A DNA stretch of 64,000 bases from a virus, in IMG/VR virus record IMGVR_UViG_3300005573_000058, positions 74,662 through 138,661 of that record. One strand, 5' to 3'. The notes under the pieces were generated by a model, which searched no databases, was not told the origin of the DNA, and saw nothing but the letters and a program-made list of their open reading frames with translations. Of this stretch, positions 56,950-64,000 are shown one piece after another. Made by a program: the position numbers and the translations under genes. The first letter of the stretch is position 1, and every line of letters starts with the position of its first letter.

Positions 56950-59133
56950 TTATATTGATACAGTTGTTTCTAATGCCATCCAATATACATATTGTGTAGC
57001 AGTAATGTCTGTGCTTGTAAGTGGTATTGTATTTGGAAGTACAAGACCGCCGCCACTTGAAATATAACCACTATACCTTATAGCATTAGAAACACCATAT
57101 GATATACCAGCTACAACTCCTGTTGTTGAATTCCATGTTATAGCAATATAATATTGTCCAGCATATAATGTTTTATTAGATTGAACTGGTAAAATACTTT
57201 TTAATCCTGTTCCTGTACTTAAACTTCCAGATCCTCCATTTAGTACAAGATTACCTGCACTATTATATATCCCTATATCACCACTGCTTCCAAGGGCTGT
57301 TGTTACATTTATTTTCATAGTTGCAACTGTTATAGTAGCAGGTATATAGAGGGGTGATATCAAAATTGCTGTAACAGTTGGTTTTGTACTTGTTGCACTA
57401 ATTGTACCCCAACAAGTCGACACAACATCCATAGTAGGCATTACTTCAGTAACACTTTTCCATTCAGCTTTACCAGTAGTTGCATTAGTACAGGTAAGAA
57501 TATTGTTAACAACTGCACTTGTTGGTATATACAGACCTGATGTTTGCGTATTTCCTGAATTATACATGTTACTAGATATATATACATTTTTCCATTTATA
57601 ATCTGTTGATCCTAAATCGTATGCATTGTTTGTATTTGGACCAATACTACCATCTATTTGTAGCTTAAAATTGGTAGGATTTGTTGTCCCAATACCAACA
57701 TTGCCCTTTAATATAGTTTTAGTAATACTGTCATTGCCTAATGTGATAGAATTAGAACCATTGCCAACAGCAGATGCACCAATTACTATTTCATTGGTAT
57801 TTCCATTAGCTGAGGCTCTTGTATCATAACCGATGTATATAGAGTTATTAGAAGTAGTATTATCTCCTCCTCCTGAAATATATCTACCAGCGTTTATTCC
57901 TAAAGCTAAATTAGAATAACCTGTTGTATTAGCATAAAGAGCGTTCGTTCCAATAGCCAGATTAGAATAACCGGTAGTATTAGAATAAAGAGTATCTCTT
58001 CCTATAGCTACATTAGAATTAGCTGTTGTATTAGAAACAAGAGCATTTAGACCTATAGCAAAATTAGATTCACCTGTTGTATTAGAATAGAGAGCATTTG
58101 GACCTATAGCAAAATTACCTGCACCTGTAGTATTAGAATGAAGAGCATCTACTCCTATTGCAAAATTATAATAACCAGTAGTATTAGAAACCAGAGCATT
58201 TGGTCCTATAGCTATATTAGAACCACCAGTAGTATTAGAATAAAGGGCCCAACCTCCTACGGCTACATTAGAATTACCAGTAGTATTAGAAAGAAGAGCA
58301 TAATTTCCTAGAGCTGTATTATAGTCACCTGTTGTGTTAGAACGAAGAGCTTGATAACCAATAGCCATATTATAATTACTAAGATCATCATTTAATCCTG
58401 CTTCATAGCCAAAGAAAGTACTGTTACCTAATCCTGTTTGATATATTTTACCTACAACTTCCAATTTTGCTCTAGGACTTGTTGTTCCAATACCAAGAAA
58501 TTTATTAGTATTATCCCAAAAAAGATTGCTATTATCTTGCGAAATAGAATGGTTTGCACCAACAAATAATATAGATCCTTCTATTAGAGAAGAAAGTCTT
58601 AACCCACTAAAAACTGGAGCAGAGGTTGCAGCAATGTCTTGAGGAGTTGATAAAGTTATAGTATTTTCTCTAGTATCTACATTTATTTGATTTAATGTTC
58701 CTTGTAATGTTATATCACCTGTAATAGAATTTAAAGATAATAATCCTTTATTCTCAATTGTAATATATTGATCTCCTGTTATAGATATGCCATTTCCAGC
58801 TTCTATAGATAGTATACCTATATTACTTATTGTTAATTTTGTTGTACCATCAATATGTATACCATCGCCTGCTATTACTAAAGATGATAAATCTTTATAT
58901 TCTAATGAGCTTCCATCTGTACTTACACCTAATAATTGATTACTTGAACCTATATAAGACAAGCCTGTACCACCATATGCTGTTCCTATAACTGATCCAT
59001 TCCAAATACCATCAGTTACAGTTCCTAATTTAACTTTACCTGTAGCTACTAAATTGTTTGTTTCAATATCTTGATATACTTTTAATCTTTGAATAAAAGC
59101 ATTTATTGTTCTTATATCGTTTTCAACAGACAT
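56950..59133 (-). CDS. tail fibre / adhesin
   Basis: GIWNGS..GTAYGGTG; GIGTTSP; 14-aa repeats AIGxNALxSNTTGxxN; DLGS...W. Confidence 0.85.
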   Translation of the reverse strand: MSVENDIRTINAFIQRLKVYQDIETNNLVATGKVKLGTVTDGIWNGSVIGTAYGGTGLSYIGSSNQLLGVSTDGSSLEYKDLSSLVIAGDGIHIDGTTKLTISNIGILSIEAGNGISITGDQYITIENKGLLSLNSITGDITLQGTLNQINVDTRENTITLSTPQDIAATSAPVFSGLRLSSLIEGSILFVGANHSISQDNSNLFWDNTNKFLGIGTTSPRAKLEVVGKIYQTGLGNSTFFGYEAGLNDDLSNYNMAIGYQALRSNTTGDYNTALGNYALLSNTTGNSNVAVGGWALYSNTTGGSNIAIGPNALVSNTTGYYNFAIGVDALHSNTTGAGNFAIGPNALYSNTTGESNFAIGLNALVSNTTANSNVAIGRDTLYSNTTGYSNLAIGTNALYANTTGYSNLALGINAGRYISGGGDNTTSNNSIYIGYDTRASANGNTNEIVIGASAVGNGSNSITLGNDSITKTILKGNVGIGTTNPTNFKLQIDGSIGPNTNNAYDLGSTDYKWKNVYISSNMYNSGNTQTSGLYIPTSAVVNNILTCTNATTGKAEWKSVTEVMPTMDVVSTCWGTISATSTKPTVTAILISPLYIPATITVATMKINVTTALGSSGDIGIYNSAGNLVLNGGSGSLSTGTGLKSILPVQSNKTLYAGQYYIAITWNSTTGVVAGISYGVSNAIRYSGYISSGGGLVLPNTIPLTSTDITATQYVYWMALETTVSI
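57880..58390 (-). repeat. 42-bp coding repeats of the tail-fibre beta-roll
   Basis: about 11-12 copies of (A)LxSNTTGxxNxAIG. Confidence 0.85.
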
Positions 59134-59134
59134 A

Positions 59135-59692
59135 CTACATTATATACTCATTATTATCAGTATCAATTAAAGTTATACATCCTGATGGGAATATACCACT
59201 GTTAGTTATATATGTTGTTATATCAGAAATAGAACTTAAGAGAACAATTTTCATATTATTCGTTTCTGTTGGATTAATATTTATTGTAAAAATATTGTCT
59301 GTAAATGATACAGATGTGATATTTACTTCAGTATATGTATTTACATTATATGTATATATCTTAGGAATACCAATCATATTGTCATTTAAATCTAAATTTG
59401 TTGTATTTATTTTCACAGTTTTATAAGTATGTAAATCAGGAGATATAACTTTGTAATACACAAGAGGTGATTGTTTGTATAAATCTATAAAACTATTTGC
59501 TAAACTATTTATAAAAGATACTATACCGCTGATTTCTATTTCAATATTATTTAAATATGTTGCTGTTATAAGTTCTTTTTCACCAGTAACTGTATTAATG
59601 TCCTTATGTTTACCAAAACCTACCTCTTTATTTCCTTCATAACCACCATAATATGTTGAAATAATATTATATAAACCACTAATTAAGTTCAT
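59135..59692 (-). CDS. putative virion structural protein
   Basis: RBS; located in the tail-fibre operon. Confidence 0.7.
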   Translation of the reverse strand: MNLISGLYNIISTYYGGYEGNKEVGFGKHKDINTVTGEKELITATYLNNIEIEISGIVSFINSLANSFIDLYKQSPLVYYKVISPDLHTYKTVKINTTNLDLNDNMIGIPKIYTYNVNTYTEVNITSVSFTDNIFTININPTETNNMKIVLLSSISDITTYITNSGIFPSGCITLIDTDNNEYIM

Positions 59693-59710
59693 TTTTACCT
59701 CCTATTTTAA

Positions 59711-60859
59711 TTATGTATAAGTTAAAATTAATCTTTTAACAGATGGCGTATAAAATTCATATTTATTTAAAACAATTTTTATATATAAATCACTGCTATT
59801 ACCAACAGATATTCTACTACCATACGGCAGAGGAAATGGATCAATACTATTGTTATATATAACATTAATAAAATTGCTATCAGTTGCGATTTGAATATTT
59901 ATATAATCTGGAACTTTTAAATTTTCCAACAAATAATATTCACAACTTAAACTTGTTAAAGTATTTATAGTATCAGCATCATATATGTGATAGATTATTT
60001 CACCTGTATCATAAAATTCTCTATATAAACATTTCATTTCATTTAAAAAACCAACAGCATATCCATTACCGACTCCTATTAAATGCATATCAAATGAAAT
60101 ATTACCATTAAAGTTCTTGTTATTTAAAAACGTAATAAAAGGATAGTTACTACAACTATAATTTGTTGTTGTCCAAGCCATTCTATTAGAAAGTTTTGAC
60201 ATCCATACACCATCTACCTTTAATCCCACTATATTTGCTCCAGGAACAGGCATTGTTTTAAATTGTACTGTATTTAAATATTGACGATGATTTTTTAGAT
60301 TTACATTAATACTAACTTTATTTGATGGATATTTATTACTATCAAATATGGCAAAAGTATTAACATTATTATCTAAAAACAAACATCTTAAATCTGATGG
60401 ATCTGTTATAAGTTCACCATCAACAATTAACTCAGTTGATGCATGTTTTTGATATACACCGCTGATGTTTGTAGGTGCATATAACATATGATCTATTTCA
60501 GATATATAACCAAGATATAATATATTATTTATTGTATCTTGTGTTATATTCGTAGTAGAATAAGGCGTTGTAAGTGCATCTATAATTTCTATTTTAGATG
60601 CAACACCTGTTTCTGTCATATTATTATATAAACCAGATATAATCGCTATATTGTTTTCTATATTTGTTATTCTATTTGCTAAGAACCAATAACTGTACAA
60701 TGTTGCTCTTGATAAAACATCATAGAATGTTTTTACTATTTCTGCTTTGTTATAAACTTTTTTAAGTATATCTTGCATTTCTTTTATCATATTGTTCATC
60801 TCAACAGCAGATATTGTGCCTTTAAAATTAGGACTTATATTAAATATACTATCATTCAT
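59711..60859 (-). CDS. putative virion/baseplate protein
   Basis: GTISAVEMN N-terminal helix; beta-rich body ending TPSVKRLILTY; RBS favours the MNDS start. Confidence 0.65.
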   Translation of the reverse strand: MNDSIFNISPNFKGTISAVEMNNMIKEMQDILKKVYNKAEIVKTFYDVLSRATLYSYWFLANRITNIENNIAIISGLYNNMTETGVASKIEIIDALTTPYSTTNITQDTINNILYLGYISEIDHMLYAPTNISGVYQKHASTELIVDGELITDPSDLRCLFLDNNVNTFAIFDSNKYPSNKVSINVNLKNHRQYLNTVQFKTMPVPGANIVGLKVDGVWMSKLSNRMAWTTTNYSCSNYPFITFLNNKNFNGNISFDMHLIGVGNGYAVGFLNEMKCLYREFYDTGEIIYHIYDADTINTLTSLSCEYYLLENLKVPDYINIQIATDSNFINVIYNNSIDPFPLPYGSRISVGNSSDLYIKIVLNKYEFYTPSVKRLILTYT

Positions 60860-60873
60860 ATTATCACCACCTT

Positions 60874-61134
60874 TCACTGTAAGTTTTTAATTGTTGGAAA
60901 TACTATCATAAATTTTTTCAATTTTGTTTCTTTCTCTTTTATTGCATCTATTAATGTTTTTGTATTATTATTCATTACAATATCTATATTTATATTATCT
61001 ATCATTCCTGTTTTATTATTTCTAGGATTATATTCTGTTGTAATTAAAGAAACAGTATACAAGAATGAGTCAATAATTTGTCTAAAAAAATATTTTTTAA
61101 GTCTATATCGTTTGGGAAAAGGTATGAACCACAT
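60874..61134 (-). CDS. hypothetical protein
   Basis: 86-aa ORF in the operon. Confidence 0.6.
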   Translation of the reverse strand: MWFIPFPKRYRLKKYFFRQIIDSFLYTVSLITTEYNPRNNKTGMIDNINIDIVMNNNTKTLIDAIKEKETKLKKFMIVFPTIKNLQ

Positions 61135-61136
61135 AT

Positions 61137-63161
61137 TTATATTTCTCCATATATTAAAATTAGCATATCGTAAATTTCGCTATTTTCTTTTAAAGTTGCA
61201 TTTATATCAAAGGAATTTATAGTAGAAACAAAAGATAATATTTTTATGTGATCATTAGAAATGTTTTCTATAGAATTACCTGATACTCTATCTAAAATAG
61301 CATACGTTGGGCAAGCTTTTGATATTAAAATATTTTTATTTTCATCTACGCAATAAGTATTAGTATACAACTGTGATGATGTCATAAAATCTTCCTTACT
61401 TACCTTTGCATATTCTTCAACATACATAAAATCATTTACATCTAAATTAATAATAGAATTTAAATCATCTAAATGTTGCTTAGATATGATTTTTATAGGA
61501 GATTTATGATTTATTGTAACAATAGTGTCTTTATTAATTTCATAAGTTGCATCTTTAAGAATCAAAGTAAATGGCTTACCTGTATACTTTATAGTATATT
61601 CTTTATTGCCTTTGTTATTATGATATATTTTAAATTGATATATATATTTTATATTTGTTGATGCAACACAACTGACATTTACATTAATAGTTCCATTAAT
61701 AACAGTATTAAATGTTATACTCAGATTATATGGCGTTATTGTATATGTATATTGATTCTTACTTAAAATAGTATCATATGCAAATATTTCCAATATATCA
61801 TCAACAAAAGTATATCCTTCCGGTGGCGTAAAAATTATAGATGATACACCTTCTGTACCAGCATCATAAGATAATTGAATTAAAGTATTTGACACATTTC
61901 TTATAACAGATACTTTATAACAATTGTATAAATATATTTCATGTTGTAAAAATGGCTGAGCTGGATTGGATGGAGAAAAAACACATATATTAAAATTTCC
62001 GTTATAATTATCAATATAACTATATGTAACACCCGCTGTTTGTAAATAATCTGTTGTATATATGTATGTATCTTTAGTTAATATGTTACTACCAACAATG
62101 TTGTTATTACTATCATAGAAATTTAACTTATATTCTATATCTGTTCCAGAATCATTCGCTGTAAAATATATATAATCAACAGACTGTAAATTAATTTTTT
62201 TCAATACTAAATTAGACTGTTTGACAACATCTTCATTAAACAGAGAAATATCACTGATAGAAAATACATATACATATTTGTTATTTTCTATTTTATCATA
62301 TATACTTTTTGTCATTTTTATATGTATCTTATTAGTTGTTATTTTATTATCTAAATTTATATAACCTGTGCAAGATGGCGATATATTAACTTTCTTATTA
62401 AAAGTTTCGATAGTTATAGGAGAGGCAGACAGGCTAGTTATTTTTATGTTATTAAAAGACATTTGCTCAGTTGTCAATATATCAAAATCTACAGATATAT
62501 TACTACTATAGTTAGATACTACTATAAATGACCATGTTGAATTTGTTGAACAATCAAAAACATTAGATGGTTCGGCAAAAGGTATAGTTTCAATGTCTCC
62601 TCTATTATCTGTAACTTTTATATTAGTTATGTTTGCTGCAAAACCTGTATCTGTTAAGTTTAATTTTATCGGTTGACTTATATAGGATGATCTGACACTG
62701 CCTGTATTTATATCGATTGTTGCTGTTGTTTTATCTTTATCTATATACTCATTTATTTCCTCATCAGTACTAAATGTAAGATTATATATAATAGATTTTC
62801 TAAATGATAAAAGTTTAGATAATGTTTCTAATCTATGTGCATCTCTTAAATATTTTTGTAATATATAAGAATAAACAGTAAAAATAAGATTATATGTTTT
62901 AATATCTCCTATAAGTTCATTTAAAAATTCTATATCATCTTTTACTTGTAGATTTTGTTTGTTAAATTTATTTACATCGAATTTAGATTTATGTTTTGGC
63001 ATATACTCTTTATAATCAAAAGATGGTTGTAAACTCTGCCATTTATTTCTAAACATGTTTATAATATTTTGCATTTCTGTATAATCAATTATAAATCCCT
63101 GTTGTAACTTTTGCTTAATATATTTGTTTATTTCATATATCAATCGAAAAGAACTAATCAT
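61137..63161 (-). CDS. putative virion structural protein
   Basis: 674 aa; helical N-terminus followed by beta-rich domains; RBS. Confidence 0.7.
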   Translation of the reverse strand: MISSFRLIYEINKYIKQKLQQGFIIDYTEMQNIINMFRNKWQSLQPSFDYKEYMPKHKSKFDVNKFNKQNLQVKDDIEFLNELIGDIKTYNLIFTVYSYILQKYLRDAHRLETLSKLLSFRKSIIYNLTFSTDEEINEYIDKDKTTATIDINTGSVRSSYISQPIKLNLTDTGFAANITNIKVTDNRGDIETIPFAEPSNVFDCSTNSTWSFIVVSNYSSNISVDFDILTTEQMSFNNIKITSLSASPITIETFNKKVNISPSCTGYINLDNKITTNKIHIKMTKSIYDKIENNKYVYVFSISDISLFNEDVVKQSNLVLKKINLQSVDYIYFTANDSGTDIEYKLNFYDSNNNIVGSNILTKDTYIYTTDYLQTAGVTYSYIDNYNGNFNICVFSPSNPAQPFLQHEIYLYNCYKVSVIRNVSNTLIQLSYDAGTEGVSSIIFTPPEGYTFVDDILEIFAYDTILSKNQYTYTITPYNLSITFNTVINGTINVNVSCVASTNIKYIYQFKIYHNNKGNKEYTIKYTGKPFTLILKDATYEINKDTIVTINHKSPIKIISKQHLDDLNSIINLDVNDFMYVEEYAKVSKEDFMTSSQLYTNTYCVDENKNILISKACPTYAILDRVSGNSIENISNDHIKILSFVSTINSFDINATLKENSEIYDMLILIYGEI

Positions 63162-63179
63162 TTATCTCCTTCTTTTTAA

Positions 63180-64000
63180 TCATATAAAGCGATATATATC
63201 TTTGTATATCAATATATTAAGTTTACTTATATCTAATGTTGGAGAGTAAGTATTACTATATTTAGATGTCAGTTCAATAACAAAATCAAAAGAATATACA
63301 GCACTATCAGTTTCTATTACGCTATTTTCACCATAAACATATTTTATATATTCTTTAATGTCATTATCCATATCTTTGTTGCAGAAAAATACAACTTGTG
63401 GTAACTGTTCACTTTGTTTATTAATGTTCATAGGACTTATATACACCTTCTTATCATTATATATTATAGCAAATTTGAGATACGGTAAATCATCGTTTTC
63501 AACATATGTAAAACTAGTTGATTGTATTGGTTCTGAAGAATATACTTTTTTAATAACTTTACCACTATTGGAATAAATCTTCTTTATTACTTTTATATCT
63601 TTTATATCTGTTTTTATAATTTTTCTACTTGTATCAGATGAAGTTGCTAAAATATTGGATTCGAACAGTAATGTTCCTTCTACATTAGAAGTTAACGTTA
63701 TTTCAATTGTTTTACCATGATATAAAGAATCATTTCCTACAACAACAATATCTAACATAAGTTTAACATCCGTACCATTAATTCCATATTCTCTATATAT
63801 GTTTTGTAATATAGTAAGAAAATCATATGGTACTGTTCCTATGGTGTAAGAACCGTAAAAAATATATTTTTTCATTGTTTCTGTACTATTGTTAATATAA
63901 ATAGAAACATATGATGAAACAGTATTTGTAATATTACATGATATTTTATATTCATTTAATTCATGTATATTTAAAATATTTTTTGTTGTAGAAAAATATA
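63180..64000 (-). CDS. putative virion structural protein (5' end beyond the window)
   Basis: frame remains open upstream of ATG 63875 to the window edge; C-terminal YSPTL. Confidence 0.65.
   Translation of the reverse strand, partial: YFSTTKNILNIHELNEYKISCNITNTVSSYVSIYINNSTETMKKYIFYGSYTIGTVPYDFLTILQNIYREYGINGTDVKLMLDIVVVGNDSLYHGKTIEITLTSNVEGTLLFESNILATSSDTSRKIIKTDIKDIKVIKKIYSNSGKVIKKVYSSEPIQSTSFTYVENDDLPYLKFAIIYNDKKVYISPMNINKQSEQLPQVVFFCNKDMDNDIKEYIKYVYGENSVIETDSAVYSFDFVIELTSKYSNTYSPTLDISKLNILIYKDIYRFI

Overview
This window is a 64 kb, very AT-rich segment of a large dsDNA bacteriophage. The host is probably an anaerobic bacterium, given the strong AAGGAGG Shine-Dalgarno sites, sigmaA-type promoters and a class III ribonucleotide reductase. 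(1) 1-3.5 kb: small genes, each preceded by a conserved, covarying stem-loop cassette, plus tRNA-Glu and a TROVE/Ro60-like remnant. (2) 3.5-5.6 kb: a mostly non-coding origin-like region with an AT-rich palindrome, about 10 DnaA-box-like 9-mers at 11-bp spacing, and several related tandem repeats. (3) 5-13 kb: a family of small Cys-rich proteins, a single-subunit YonO/QDE-1-type RNA polymerase, and two tandem structured RNA-like units. (4) 13.5-31 kb: MoxR ATPase and VWA-metallopeptidase, RNase H, a minimal ATP-dependent ligase, an unusual ~720-aa retron-like reverse transcriptase with two large insertions, SbcD/SbcC, SpoVG-like proteins and a family-4 UDG. (5) 31.6-55.9 kb: NrdD with two inteins and its glycyl-radical loop split onto a distant mini-gene, VRR-NUC, Clp ATPase, sigma70-like factor, PolB, an orphan intein-like protein, primase-helicase, three glycosyltransferases and a Cas4-like nuclease. 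(6) 55.8-64 kb: convergent minus-strand membrane, tail-fibre and structural genes. The best candidate for a new system is the atypical RT co-encoded with RNase H and ligase, together with the repeated structured non-coding units that might be its RNA partners. That link is inference only. All calls come from reading motifs by eye; no searches were run.
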